64,000 nt of DNA, from assembly GCA_963822585.1 (NCBI GenBank), contig CAWGIE010000031.1, forward strand, positions 224,001-288,000. Reading direction: 5' to 3'. The position numbers and the translations under genes were made by a program. The notes beneath the pieces were generated by a model. The model was given only the letters and a program-made list of their open reading frames with translations, searched no databases and was not told the DNA's origin. Below, one piece after another: positions 35,580 through 46,441 of this stretch (positions are counted from its first letter, which is position 1; every line of letters starts with the position of its first letter). This DNA is from an uncultured bacterium (GTDB lineage Bacteria; Auribacterota; Erginobacteria; Erginobacterales; Erginobacteraceae).

Positions 35580-37502
35580 TTATTGCAGATATCCCAACGC
35601 CCTCAGCTTTTGCGCAGTATTATGATCCAATTCCACCTCTTCTGTGTCCTCCTGATTTGCTAATAGTTGATTATGGACCTGCTTTAATTTTGCGAGGAGG
35701 CGGGAAGCGATTTCCGGTTCTTCCTGATATATATTCCTCAATTCCCCGGGATCTGCATTTAGATCAAATAACAGGGTGGCTTCTTTCCCATTATCATTGT
35801 ACCCGTAGATCAGTTTATATCTCCCCTCCCGGATGGATCTCCCCCCTCTATTTTCTAATATCACCTCGTTATAGATTACATCCTGGCCATACCTTCTTTT
35901 TTCTTGGGCGGCGGCAATGATGTCTTGAATGGTTGGCGTCCCGCGAGTTTCTTCACCCAGCAGATGGAGCATCATCGGCATAATGTCGATATGACTGATC
36001 GGCTCGTCAATCCGGACCCCCCGGGGAAAATGACCGGGCCAGGCCATAATCAGGGGGATTTTGCTCTGCTCTTCGTACAATGAACCGCCATGATACCACC
36101 CTTGATGATCATAAAATTCCTCTCCATGGTCCGAGGTAACTATGACCACAGTGTCAGCGTAAGCTTCCATTGTTTTCAAACCCTCGATTAAAATGCCGAC
36201 AACCTCTTCACTATACATGAGGGCGGCATCATAATTACCTATTAATTCTTTTAGTTCCTTATCTTCAAGCGACGGTTGCTTCTGGAAAGATAGAAAACTG
36301 CCGTGGGCGGGTGGATTGAGACGGGGGACTCCTCCCAACCCCAACTTTTTCCGGTAGGTGGCGGGAGCTGAAAAAGGAACGTGCGGCCCTAAAAGATGGA
36401 GATAGGCAAAGAACTTTCCTTTGCTTCGAATAACATCTCCGGACCAGTTCACGAACCTGCTCATCAAACCTTTATCCGAGAATAGAAATCTTCTGGTTAC
36501 ACCGTTGTCAAGTGCAAAGGGGCTAAATTTATTAAGAAAGTAAAGAACGTGATGTATCGATAAGTACGGGCGATCGAAGAAATCAGCTTCTCCCCCAATG
36601 CCGTAACGGGGAGAAATCCAGGGGCTATTGGAAAATATTCCGATCTTGTATCCCCGCTCCTTCAATTTCCCCAGGAGGGTTGGAACTTTCCCGGAGAGTT
36701 TAGAGCGATAACCATTGGTACCATGCTCGGTCGGATAGAGTGAAGTTAGCAGAGAGACCACAGACGGGAGAGTCCAGGTGGCTGCATCATAGGCATTAGT
36801 AAAGAGAATTCCCTCACGACTCAAGGCATCGATATGCGGAGATATCAGCTTGTCATATCCGTAACAATGTAGATGATCCGCCCGGACATCATCAATGACC
36901 AGGAGGACTATATTCGGGACGCCCTGAAGCGAAGAGGAACTGAGGGCTTTTTCTCTACCGAAAAAGATACCGAACAGAATGGCCAAAGATATCAACCCCA
37001 ATATAAGCAGTTTGCGGAGACCAGGCAGGAATGATTTATCTGAGCCAGCTTTGCTTCTGGAGAAGATTAAGCTACTAATTTTAGGAGTATATCTATAGAT
37101 TAATATCCATACTAGTAACCATGTTAGATCGAAGGCCAGACTTTTCGCGGAATGAGCAAGGGGGAGATATTTTTTATTCACCACCGTAAAGCCGATAAGA
37201 CAGATAGAGAGGCAGGAAAAAAATAATAGCGGTGGATTCCGGCGACGAATAGCTACTATACCCCGACCTGAGAACAACCCCCAAAGTCCGAACCCTACCG
37301 AGATGAAAAGGCCGATCAGAGTCCAGAGGCCGGAGTAGGTCATAACCGCAGTTCCGATAGCGGTGAGGGAGATTGCCTCATGGAAAAGACGGTGCGCCAA
37401 CCATGCGTCCACAATGCCCGTCAGAGCACCGATTAGAAACCCGGAAAAGCAGAATTCAAGTAACAGGCTAACCGGCTCAAGCAACTTTCTCCTCATTCCC
37501 AT
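35580..37502 (-). CDS. Membrane-anchored sulfatase-like (AlkP superfamily) hydrolase/transferase
   Basis: N-terminal TMs; PNIVLLVIDDVRADHL, WTLPS..SLLTS, SDHGEEF, HG.SLYEE...IPL; ends LRALGYLQ. Confidence 0.85.
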   Translation of the reverse strand: MGMRRKLLEPVSLLLEFCFSGFLIGALTGIVDAWLAHRLFHEAISLTAIGTAVMTYSGLWTLIGLFISVGFGLWGLFSGRGIVAIRRRNPPLLFFSCLSICLIGFTVVNKKYLPLAHSAKSLAFDLTWLLVWILIYRYTPKISSLIFSRSKAGSDKSFLPGLRKLLILGLISLAILFGIFFGREKALSSSSLQGVPNIVLLVIDDVRADHLHCYGYDKLISPHIDALSREGILFTNAYDAATWTLPSVVSLLTSLYPTEHGTNGYRSKLSGKVPTLLGKLKERGYKIGIFSNSPWISPRYGIGGEADFFDRPYLSIHHVLYFLNKFSPFALDNGVTRRFLFSDKGLMSRFVNWSGDVIRSKGKFFAYLHLLGPHVPFSAPATYRKKLGLGGVPRLNPPAHGSFLSFQKQPSLEDKELKELIGNYDAALMYSEEVVGILIEGLKTMEAYADTVVIVTSDHGEEFYDHQGWYHGGSLYEEQSKIPLIMAWPGHFPRGVRIDEPISHIDIMPMMLHLLGEETRGTPTIQDIIAAAQEKRRYGQDVIYNEVILENRGGRSIREGRYKLIYGYNDNGKEATLLFDLNADPGELRNIYQEEPEIASRLLAKLKQVHNQLLANQEDTEEVELDHNTAQKLRALGYLQ

Positions 37503-38510
37503 TTAGAAATCAGCGGCTTCGGTTATCTTGTCCCAATTTGAGCGAAACCACTCCAGATTATTTTTAATACCTTCCGAAAAATCCACCCCGGGTCTGTAAC
37601 CCAATATTCGACCGGCTTTCTCTATCGAGGCCAACAGACGATCTTTGGTATCCCACTTGCGCCGGGGGATATGATGTATCCCGGCCTTATTCCCGGTTAA
37701 TTTGTTGATCAGTTGAGCCAGTTCAATGATCTTCACTTCTTGACCGGAAGCTAAATTGATCTCCTCTCCCACCGCCTGCTCAATAAAACCGGCCCGCAGC
37801 ATTCCGGCAATGATATCATTAACATAGGTAAAATCACGGGTCTCTTCCCCGCTTCCGGTAATAGGAAGAGTTTTCCCCTGAAGCGCCCAGAAGATGAAAT
37901 TCGGGATTACATTCCGGTAACGGCCGGGTATTTCGCCCGGACCGTATGAATTAAAGAACCGTGTCTTCACCACTTTTAAACTGTAATGCTGCTGGAAGAA
38001 GTTGCAGTAAAGCTCCCCCAGCATTTTAGTAATCTGGTAGGGACTGCTCAAGTGAAGGGACATGTATTCTTCTCTCAGAGGCAACGGAGATCGGCTACCG
38101 TAAATAGAGCATCCGGAAGAGGCGTAAATAAACCTTTCCACACCGGCGGACCGGGCGGCCTGGAGAACTTTGAGTGTTCCCAGTCCATTAACCATGAGAT
38201 CTCTCTCAGGGTGATCGACGGAATTTTGATTTGCAAAAAAAGCGGCCAGGTGAAATACACAGCAGGGGTTTTCTCTGAAAGCTCTACTCAGGCTCTTTTC
38301 ATCAAGAACGCTCCCCTCGATGAAAATGACATTCGGCAGGTTGGGGACAAGCCACTTATATGAGGAGGAGAGATCGTCTAAAATAATTACCCGGGCGGCA
38401 CCGCAATTGGCCAGTGCCCTACACAGATTACTGCCAATCGCTCCGGCTCCACCGGTAACCAGGATAACTTTTCCCCGGTAATAGTTCATATTTTCAGTTG
38501 GAAGGTTCAT
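37503..38510 (-). CDS. NAD-dependent epimerase/dehydratase
   Basis: TGGAGAIG, HLAAFFANQNSV, YQITK, RFFNSYGPGE. Confidence 0.85.
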   Translation of the reverse strand: MNLPTENMNYYRGKVILVTGGAGAIGSNLCRALANCGAARVIILDDLSSSYKWLVPNLPNVIFIEGSVLDEKSLSRAFRENPCCVFHLAAFFANQNSVDHPERDLMVNGLGTLKVLQAARSAGVERFIYASSGCSIYGSRSPLPLREEYMSLHLSSPYQITKMLGELYCNFFQQHYSLKVVKTRFFNSYGPGEIPGRYRNVIPNFIFWALQGKTLPITGSGEETRDFTYVNDIIAGMLRAGFIEQAVGEEINLASGQEVKIIELAQLINKLTGNKAGIHHIPRRKWDTKDRLLASIEKAGRILGYRPGVDFSEGIKNNLEWFRSNWDKITEAADF

Positions 38511-38574
38511 GCGGCAGTCCTTGTGGAGACGATGAAAACAAAAGCCAAATACTATCCTTCAGCCAGGGCATTTG

Positions 38575-39798
38575 TCAACCATTCCCCAGATTAGCCGATC
38601 GGAAAAAAGCTTTTGTTATGGCCCGGGTGGTTGTTTCGACTGAAAAATGTTTTACTTTCTCTCTGGCATTAAAAGCCATTTTAATCCTGAGCTCCTCATC
38701 AGAGAGCAATCTTTCCAATCGTTCCGTCAACTCATCCACATTTCCCAGTGGATAAATATACCCTGTTTTACCGGGAACAACCAGATCCCGGGCACAGGTG
38801 CATCCATCGGAGACAATCACCGGTAAGCCACTGGCCATTGCCTCATTAACTGATAAGCCCCATGTCTCGTGGGCGGAAGGTAAAACAAATACATCCCCCA
38901 TCGCATAATATTTGATAATACTTTTTTGATTTTGGAAACCGACTAAATGAATCCGTTTATCGCCTTCAGCCTCCTTCCGGATTTTTTTCATCAGTATCCC
39001 ATCACCAACCACGACCAGGACTGCGTTCAGGTCCCGTGGTAATCTTTTTACCGCTTTGATTAAATCCACCGGCCTCTTTCTGGGGATTAATTTTCCCGTG
39101 TACAGGACAACCTTCGCTTCCGGAGGGAGATTGATTTCCTCCCGTAAACAGTGTAATTCCCGGGATTTCTTCCGCCGATCCACTCCACGGAAAAAATACT
39201 CGTTATCAACACAATATGGAGCCCGTATCAGTCTGTCAAAGGCGACCCCGTGTTCCAGGAGAAATTGTTCCGAAAGTGTCCCCGTCGTCAGAAATAGATC
39301 TATCTTTTTAAGAAAACGGGGATAGCATGTCTTTTTAACCCTGTTCTTGATCCATCCCAGCGTCTTCCCCCAATAAGTGGATTGTCGCCAGTGTGCAGCA
39401 ACAGTCTCCCCCCGATATATCAAAGGTCTTCTCGTTTTTTGACATATACTCAGTATTCTCCTGAATAAAATGGTATTCCATGAAACCATCAAAAGAACTT
39501 GCGTTATTCCGTCACCAGCCAAAATTTTCCGCGCGTCGATTATGTCTAAAAGCCACTTTTTCCGATAGTAATTCTTATATTTGAGTCCATTGGGGAACCG
39601 ATAGGGATATCCTTCGAGAAGAGGGATGTCCCAGGCAAAACGCCGCCCGAAACCGGCATCAACCGAGTCAGGGGATATTCCATGGGTGGATCCGAAGTAA
39701 ACGCAAAATTCAATCTCCCCCATCCGGGAGAGTTCCTTAAAAATGGGAACCTGGTATTGAATCGGATGGGAAGTGATTATTGCTAATTTACTATCCAC
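38575..39798 (-). CDS. GT4 glycosyltransferase
   Basis: HPIQYQVP, WDIPLLEGY, VDN..F, GKLIPRK, ETWGLSVNEAMA.G. Confidence 0.9.
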   Translation of the reverse strand: MDSKLAIITSHPIQYQVPIFKELSRMGEIEFCVYFGSTHGISPDSVDAGFGRRFAWDIPLLEGYPYRFPNGLKYKNYYRKKWLLDIIDARKILAGDGITQVLLMVSWNTILFRRILSICQKTRRPLIYRGETVAAHWRQSTYWGKTLGWIKNRVKKTCYPRFLKKIDLFLTTGTLSEQFLLEHGVAFDRLIRAPYCVDNEYFFRGVDRRKKSRELHCLREEINLPPEAKVVLYTGKLIPRKRPVDLIKAVKRLPRDLNAVLVVVGDGILMKKIRKEAEGDKRIHLVGFQNQKSIIKYYAMGDVFVLPSAHETWGLSVNEAMASGLPVIVSDGCTCARDLVVPGKTGYIYPLGNVDELTERLERLLSDEELRIKMAFNAREKVKHFSVETTTRAITKAFFRSANLGNG

Positions 39799-39895
39799 GC
39801 AACTCGTACCTTACTCATTACTAACGGATCTGATCTTCGAGGGATGGCTATCAACAATAGGCCTGTAGTACGTCCCTGGATATGCTTACCTATGT

Positions 39896-40681
39896 TCACT
39901 TTCTGCATATCAGCAGAATATCTTCACTGGGAGCATGAATCCGACTGTCAAGGATATGGTCCAAGTGGATAAGTAATTTATTATATAACCAAACTTTGAG
40001 CTTACTTCTTCTACCATTGTCAAGGGGTATTGATTTACTGACCAATAAAGTAAAATCGACACTGGTTACTAATTTTTCGATGCTTTTACGAGTAAACGTG
40101 TGCATATGCAAATGATCTCTTTTCAAACCCATCATTACTCTTAGTAATTTTGTTACATTAGTAAAAGAAAAAACATGTATTGCAATAATTAAAATTCCGC
40201 CTTTTTTTGTTATCCTCCATGATTCCCTCAGCACTTTCAATGGCTGATAGACATGGTCTAATATATTCGTCATAATTATAAGATCAAATGACCTTTTTTG
40301 AAAAGGTAGATATTCACCTATTCCTTTGATGGAATATACTCCAGAATTCTGATGATATTCCTTTCGGACATCAATAACCGGATCAAGCCCATATCGGATG
40401 CCATTGTTTAAAAAATCTACAAGACCATATTCTCTACACCCTATGTCTAAAATCCGGTGATTGGCTTGAAATTTAACATATTGATTAATAATTTTTCTGT
40501 AGCGCTTATATTTTTTTCTTCGTTTTAAATAAATATCCCCCCCATTATTCCGACTTACCGCTATAGTTTCGATCTGAACTGTTTTTTCCCAGGACTCTCT
40601 TCTTCTGCTTTTGACCCAGTTTACTCCGGATGGTCCGTCATGAGTTATTTGATCTCTATAACCGGCTACTTTTTTCATCAC
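39896..40681 (-). CDS. Class I SAM-dependent methyltransferase
   Basis: ILDIGC, GEYLPF...SFDLI...NILDHV..P, KKGG.L. Confidence 0.8.
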   Translation of the reverse strand: MMKKVAGYRDQITHDGPSGVNWVKSRRRESWEKTVQIETIAVSRNNGGDIYLKRRKKYKRYRKIINQYVKFQANHRILDIGCREYGLVDFLNNGIRYGLDPVIDVRKEYHQNSGVYSIKGIGEYLPFQKRSFDLIIMTNILDHVYQPLKVLRESWRITKKGGILIIAIHVFSFTNVTKLLRVMMGLKRDHLHMHTFTRKSIEKLVTSVDFTLLVSKSIPLDNGRRSKLKVWLYNKLLIHLDHILDSRIHAPSEDILLICRK

Positions 40682-40782
40682 TTTTTTGACCTTTAACCCG
40701 GATTATTACCGAGAGCGGAAAACAAATCAGATTGCCCATGCTGAGACTCTTCACTTCGTTCATAATAGCAGCTGGAATCTAT

Positions 40783-41835
40783 TCAATGCTGCGTGGAAAT
40801 TACCTTTTGACAGGCATTTATCACTTGATCGGAAGAGATAGAAAGAAGACATCTCATTTTTTCTTCCTGGCATACTTCTAACATACATCCCTCACAGGGA
40901 ACGTATTCCCTTAAGATTTGATGACCTTTACCATAGGGGAACCAGACCCCAGGCGCTTCCCGGGCAGAAAATAGAGCTACGGATTTTAAACCAGCCGAAA
41001 CCGCCAGATGCATGATACCGCAATCGTTACCCAAGTAAAACCAGCACCTCTCCATTGCCGCCACCGCCTCACGAATACTAAGCTTACCCGCAAACACATG
41101 GCCCCTTCCTAAGTTATAGACCATTTTCCTCGCGTCAATTTCATCTTCCGGACCGCCAAAAAATACCGGCCAAATATTATATTCACTCACAAGCTTTTCA
41201 AGAACCTCTTGATATCTCTGAAAAGGCCATATTTTGCAAGGCATTTTTGAACTAATCCCCATGGCAACCCAGCGCCTACCCCCATCTGAAGGTAATCTTG
41301 ATATACACTGATTTAACTTTTCCCGTTCCCGAGACCCAATACCGATATCCCACCTTACTTCTTTTAAGCTTGGCACAGACAATCCGGATATTCTAAGGCG
41401 ATTCAGCAACTGTTCCGCAACCTTTGGTGATTGAGGGAGAGGCTGCCCTGGAAACCGGTGATGATAATGATACAACCCTTCTATCCCAATAAAAGTCTTA
41501 ACACCGGCCCATCGGAATATACGTATGTCGCGCTTTACTCTTTCTAATGAATTCCTGGCCCTGATTAAATAGACAAGTTTATCATATGATCTTAACCGAA
41601 TTTTGATCAATACCTTCAATATGTTTACATAATCAGAACTGGAATAGTTAAGGTAATTATTGATTAGTCCGGAACCATCAAGTATTTCCTTCGCCCGAAC
41701 AAGCTTTTTCCCGGGCTGCATATTAGACAACAGATCAATATGGGCATCAGGAAAATTTTCACGTATTACCCATAAAGAAGGAACTGCAACCAGTGTATCG
41801 CCTAATGAGCCGGTGTGAAAAATTAATAGTTTCAC
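40783..41835 (-). CDS. GT9 glycosyltransferase (heptosyltransferase-like)
   Basis: GSLGDTL.A.P, K.WP, GGPED, GNDCG.MHLA...G, PCEGC....C. Confidence 0.88.
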   Translation of the reverse strand: MKLLIFHTGSLGDTLVAVPSLWVIRENFPDAHIDLLSNMQPGKKLVRAKEILDGSGLINNYLNYSSSDYVNILKVLIKIRLRSYDKLVYLIRARNSLERVKRDIRIFRWAGVKTFIGIEGLYHYHHRFPGQPLPQSPKVAEQLLNRLRISGLSVPSLKEVRWDIGIGSREREKLNQCISRLPSDGGRRWVAMGISSKMPCKIWPFQRYQEVLEKLVSEYNIWPVFFGGPEDEIDARKMVYNLGRGHVFAGKLSIREAVAAMERCWFYLGNDCGIMHLAVSAGLKSVALFSAREAPGVWFPYGKGHQILREYVPCEGCMLEVCQEEKMRCLLSISSDQVINACQKVISTQH

Positions 41836-43046
41836 ATCAATCTAAACAGCTTCCCGTATAAAGCCAGTGACTTTTCCCGGTGAAAGTGACCGGATACATA
41901 ATTTTTGCCGTTTTCCCCCAATCGTTTTTTAAGCATCGGGTCGTGATAAAGTTTAAGAACGGCCTCAGCCAGATTAAGGGGAGTTTCTATTTTATTAACC
42001 AATCCCGCTCGAGCTTCATTAATTATCCAACGGGCTTCACTTTCCTTGTTGAGACTGGCAATGATTGGTTTTCCGGCGGCCATATACCCCAGGATCTTGG
42101 AAGGGACGACCGGGGTGCGCATGCTTTTTTTTAGCGTTACCAACCCCACGTCACATCGTACTACTAACGCCGGATAATCTTCCAGGGGGATGAAGGGCAG
42201 CAATATCAAATTATCAAGACCAAGGTCATTTTTCATGGCGGCCGTTTTTGCTTTCTCCGAGCCATCCCCTACCAGCAGAAAGACGATATCGCTGTGATTC
42301 TTTAAGTATTGCGCTGCTTTAACGATAATATCCATATCCTGCGCATATCCCATTATTCCGGCAAATAGAACAATAAATAACCGTTCCGATCTCAGTTCTT
42401 TCGGTAATACATTTCCGGATTTTTTGAGAACATACTTATCGATATCAACCCAATTCGGGATAACCACTACCTTCTCAGGGGCAATCCCGATATTAAGGAT
42501 ATATTCCCGGTTCCCCTGGGAATGGACCGTGATGAACCGGGATTTTTTATAGATAAATTTTTCCAAACAACGGAATATTTTAATCAAGTATTTATTGGTT
42601 AGAACCTTCAGGTCTATTGCGTTTTGTGGGAAAAGATCCTGAACATTAAAGATGAACTTGCTCCCCTGTATCATTTTCATAAAATAAGCAGTCAAACCTA
42701 ATGTCAGGGGGGGAGAATAAACTATAGAAAAGTCTATCTTTCCGATGAATAAACATCCGAGAGCAAAGATGAGTGGAAGCAGCAATTGCCCCACGCCTCT
42801 TTTAAAATGTGTAACGTTGTGAAGAAAAAACGTAGGGAATCGGAAGACCCGAATTCCGTCATGGATCTCCCGGGAAAAAATTCTCCGGCCGGGCGGCAGG
42901 GCTCCGGCAAGATTATAGCGGGGCAGAGAGGTAACAATGGATATTTTATGCCCCTGCGCGGCCAGCCCCTGGGCCAGTTCTTCCATCATCAGGGAAGCCG
43001 ATCTTATTTCCGGTGGGTAGGAGTCGGTTATTAACAGTATATTCAT
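41832..43046 (-). CDS. GT4 glycosyltransferase (WbuB-like)
   Basis: YPPE, SPPL, NVQDLFP, IPNWVD, AG.MG.AQ, VPSKI..YMAAGKP. Confidence 0.88.
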   Translation of the reverse strand: MNILLITDSYPPEIRSASLMMEELAQGLAAQGHKISIVTSLPRYNLAGALPPGRRIFSREIHDGIRVFRFPTFFLHNVTHFKRGVGQLLLPLIFALGCLFIGKIDFSIVYSPPLTLGLTAYFMKMIQGSKFIFNVQDLFPQNAIDLKVLTNKYLIKIFRCLEKFIYKKSRFITVHSQGNREYILNIGIAPEKVVVIPNWVDIDKYVLKKSGNVLPKELRSERLFIVLFAGIMGYAQDMDIIVKAAQYLKNHSDIVFLLVGDGSEKAKTAAMKNDLGLDNLILLPFIPLEDYPALVVRCDVGLVTLKKSMRTPVVPSKILGYMAAGKPIIASLNKESEARWIINEARAGLVNKIETPLNLAEAVLKLYHDPMLKKRLGENGKNYVSGHFHREKSLALYGKLFRLM

Positions 43047-43132
43047 TATGAAGATTCAGAGTGGAGATTCTTGTAATTCTGATGTCGGGGGAGGCTACGG
43101 TTTTGGAGTATCGGAAAGTAATCGGGGAGGCT

Positions 43133-45315
43133 TTACCCCCCGTTTATGCAGCCGGACACATCAACATTGACGGGGACTCCTTTCCGGAGAGATTCCTCGA
43201 TCGCGAACGTGGCCGCCGTAGTGTAAAGATACTCCTGGAAATCAACCGGATCTTCTGCTCCGCTCCGAACCCCGTTAAAGAAGGCCAGAAACTCATCTTT
43301 ATGGCCGCGGTCAACATTCATTTTTTTTATCTTTTGTTTTTTGCCGGAGCGGTTAAAGGAAGCTGATTTAAAATTATCGATCAGGCAGACCGAACCACCC
43401 CCGAAGATTTCTATCCGCTCCCGGGGAAATGACTTATCTCCCCCGGCAGTATAGATAATCGATGCCGCTGAGCCATTATCCATTCGCAGACTGATAATTA
43501 GATTATCCCCCTCTCTTTCCGGAGAGGAATCATCGGATATCGATTCGGCGAAAACACGAACGGGCAATGAAGCCGTCAAATATTGAATCGTATCTATGAA
43601 GTGTCCGACTTCACCGATAATTCTCCCCCTCCCTCCAGTCTGTTCCTGACCCAGCTGGAGGGAGAAACAAATCCGGCATTGACGCGACAATTTATCAGTA
43701 AAGGTCCCGTGATTCCGCTTATCCATTCCCGGGCCTGCCTGCTGAAGGGAGAAAAGCGACGATTATAACCAACCATCAACCTCGAGTGCCCGTCATGATA
43801 GGCCCGGAAGATCGCTGAAATCTCTTTACAGTTTAAAGCCAGAGGCTTCTCGACAAATACGTTCTTTCCGTGTCCGAGGCTTTCTATCGTTAAATCGGCA
43901 TGCAGATTATGCCGGGTGGCTATCAGGATACAGTCAATCTCCGGATCGGAGAGCAGTTCTCTGTAATCGGTGGTACAGTAATCGAAACCGAACTTCTTTC
44001 CGGTATGGGCGCCGCTGCTCCCGGTGGCGGTAGCCAACCCTTTTAGCCGGATCCAGGGAATGCTTTTGATGGCCGGAAGAAGCGTTCCCCGGGCGAAAAG
44101 TCCGGCCCCGATCAATCCCACTCCTACCCCGGGCTTTCCGGAAGAGGACGGGCGCGGAGACCGGGCTAAAGTAATCTTTTTCTCCATAGGTCTCCCGGAC
44201 GGATAAGAAAGGATAATGCCGACATAATTTTCGGGTCGGCCGCTGATCACTTCATAGGCCCGGAGAGCCTCGGCGATGGGAAAACAATGGGTAATCAACC
44301 TCTTCAGATCGATCTTCCCATCCGCGCTCAGGGCAAGAAAACTCTGGAGATTACGCCGGGCGCTCCAGCGAACGTGGGAAATAGGATACTCCCTCCCTCT
44401 TTCTTCATAGTCGATATTATCTATTCCTGGTCCGGCTGAATGAGGGACGACCAGCCGCAATTCTTTTTCATAAAAAAGCGGTCGGGGAAGTGTCAGCCCG
44501 ACCAGACCGGGAACGGCGATCAGGGCTCTTTCCCGGGCCAGTTCCGCCCCGAATTCCACCGGGCGGAGACTATCGGTCGCGGCTAAAATAATTACCGCGT
44601 CCGCCCCGGCGCCCCCCGTCATTTCACCGACCGCCTCTCTGACCTCGGCTTCATCCGTAAAAGCCGCATCCGCTCCCAGCTCCCGGGCCAGTTCAACCTT
44701 CCTCATCTCGGGATCATAGCCGACCACCCGGGCGCCGGAAGACTTGAGCAGTTGCACTGAGATCAGACCCAGCAGACCCAGCCCGATCACGGCTACCGTG
44801 TCTCCTAGCCCGGCGCTGAGAAGCCGAACGCCATGAAGGGCAATCGCGCCCACCCCCGCAAACGCCGCTTCCTCATCGCTGACTCCGGGAGGAATCCGGG
44901 CGCAGAGGTTTTTCGGGATAAAGTTTATCTCCGCGTGAGAAGCCCATCCGCTTCCAAAACAAGCCACCCGGTCTCCCTGCCTGAATTCATCGACGCCGCG
45001 GCCCGTTTCTATCACCACTCCACTGCAGCTGTACCCGAGAGGGACGGGAGAATCGAGCCGGCCCAGCGCCTGGCGGTAGGCCTCCAGTACCCCCTCCGTC
45101 TGGACCTTCTGCCATACCTTCTTCACCAGATCGGGGCGACTGGCGGCCTTACCCAGTAAGGTTTTCTGGGCCAGCCGCAGCCCTGACTTTTCCGTGCCCG
45201 GGCTGATCAATGAACACAAGCTCTGGACTAATACCCCCCCCTCCCGGCAGACGGGGACCGGCACTTCCAAAACCAGGAGTGCTCCCGATTTATATGACTG
45301 GATTACCTGCTTCAT
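43133..45315 (-). pseudogene. Bi-domain oxidoreductase (Zn-ADH-like + Gfo/Idh/MocA) split by a 1-nt frameshift
   Basis: MKQVIQ...ISPGTE, PLGYSCSG, GLGLLG, IGAGLFA, VFVEKP, VGYNRRFSP; frame breaks at EGGG while RIIGEVGHFID continues in another frame (G5 run, plus-strand 43625-43629). Confidence 0.8.
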
Positions 45316-46441
45316 AAGCTTGTTGGAACACCTTAAGAGTTCTACGAGCAGTTTTCTCCCAGGAGAAATCATTGATCCGCAGTTTGCCTTTTGCGATCAA
45401 GCGGTTCCTCAACTGCACATCATCTATTAAGATTTTTATCTTTTCTTCCATCTCTTCCTGATTGAAAGGATCAAAATATACGGCGGCGTCACCAAGAATT
45501 TCTCGCATTACTTCAGTATCAGCCGCCGCAACCGGCACCCCGGAAATCATCGCTTCCAGAGAAGGGTGCCCGAATGTCTCTAAATACGAGGGGAAGACAA
45601 ATAACTCCGCCCGGGAATACACCTCCGGCATGAGCCAATAGCCGATTTTTCCTGCCAGGATCACTTTAGATCGAAGATCTTCTTTATTTATATAATCTTC
45701 CAGTAATCGGAAATAATCGGGATCCTGGTTCCCGCCTACAATCACCAGGGGAATTTCAATTATATCTCTCTTTGAAATCAAATTCCGGTAAGCCTTGATG
45801 AGGTTTAAAAAATTTTTATAAAAATATACCGTCGAAACCGCCAGAATATATCGCCGGGGAAGAGCGGCCAGCTTCCCTTGATATTTATTATCAGTGGGAA
45901 AACTAAAGATCGGATTTGCTCCATGGTGAACTGCGATTGTTTTTTCCGGCTTTAACAGTAATTTATTACTTACCGCGGCGCGGGAAGCTTCCGAAACAAA
46001 AATGATTCTTGTCGCTTTATGGACAGACCTTCTGGAAAGATACCGCAGTATATTCAGTCGCAATCTATCTTTTCCTTTCCAGGGAATTTTATTGTCAGTG
46101 AAGAGGGTGGGATTTCTGAGGGCCAAAACCACGGGACATGGCGCCAGCAGAGTGCCGGTATCGGCGGGAGAATATAGGATATCTATTTTATGTTTCCGGA
46201 TAATAAACGGCAATATCAGCTGCTCATATAATCCGCGCAGGATGGGGGGCTGGGGAGGCAAGAGGACTCTCTCTATCCGGAATCGGGAAGAAAGACCGGA
46301 AAAAACGGAGGGACAATCCCGGGAGACCAGAACCAGGTATTGATTGACGCTGTCAACCCGATCAAGCGCCGGCAATAAATTAATTAAATACGTTAACCCC
46401 CCGCCGGCATTCGCGGAGAGAGCATTAACAACAATTTTCAT
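45290..46441 (-). CDS. GT4 glycosyltransferase
   Basis: GGGLTY, YKN...LI.AY, FPSYLETFG.P.LEAM..G.PV. Confidence 0.88.
   Translation of the reverse strand: MKIVVNALSANAGGGLTYLINLLPALDRVDSVNQYLVLVSRDCPSVFSGLSSRFRIERVLLPPQPPILRGLYEQLILPFIIRKHKIDILYSPADTGTLLAPCPVVLALRNPTLFTDNKIPWKGKDRLRLNILRYLSRRSVHKATRIIFVSEASRAAVSNKLLLKPEKTIAVHHGANPIFSFPTDNKYQGKLAALPRRYILAVSTVYFYKNFLNLIKAYRNLISKRDIIEIPLVIVGGNQDPDYFRLLEDYINKEDLRSKVILAGKIGYWLMPEVYSRAELFVFPSYLETFGHPSLEAMISGVPVAAADTEVMREILGDAAVYFDPFNQEEMEEKIKILIDDVQLRNRLIAKGKLRINDFSWEKTARRTLKVFQQAYEAGNPVI

Noticed and set aside
40743..40766. GAGACTCTTCACTTCGTTCA resembling half of a REP-like repeat
   Set aside because: Single degenerate half with no partner arm; too weak to call.
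43133..43726. Independent 197-aa gene
   Set aside because: Its first ~30 aa are out-of-frame sequence; the rest is the C-terminal part of the frameshifted oxidoreductase.
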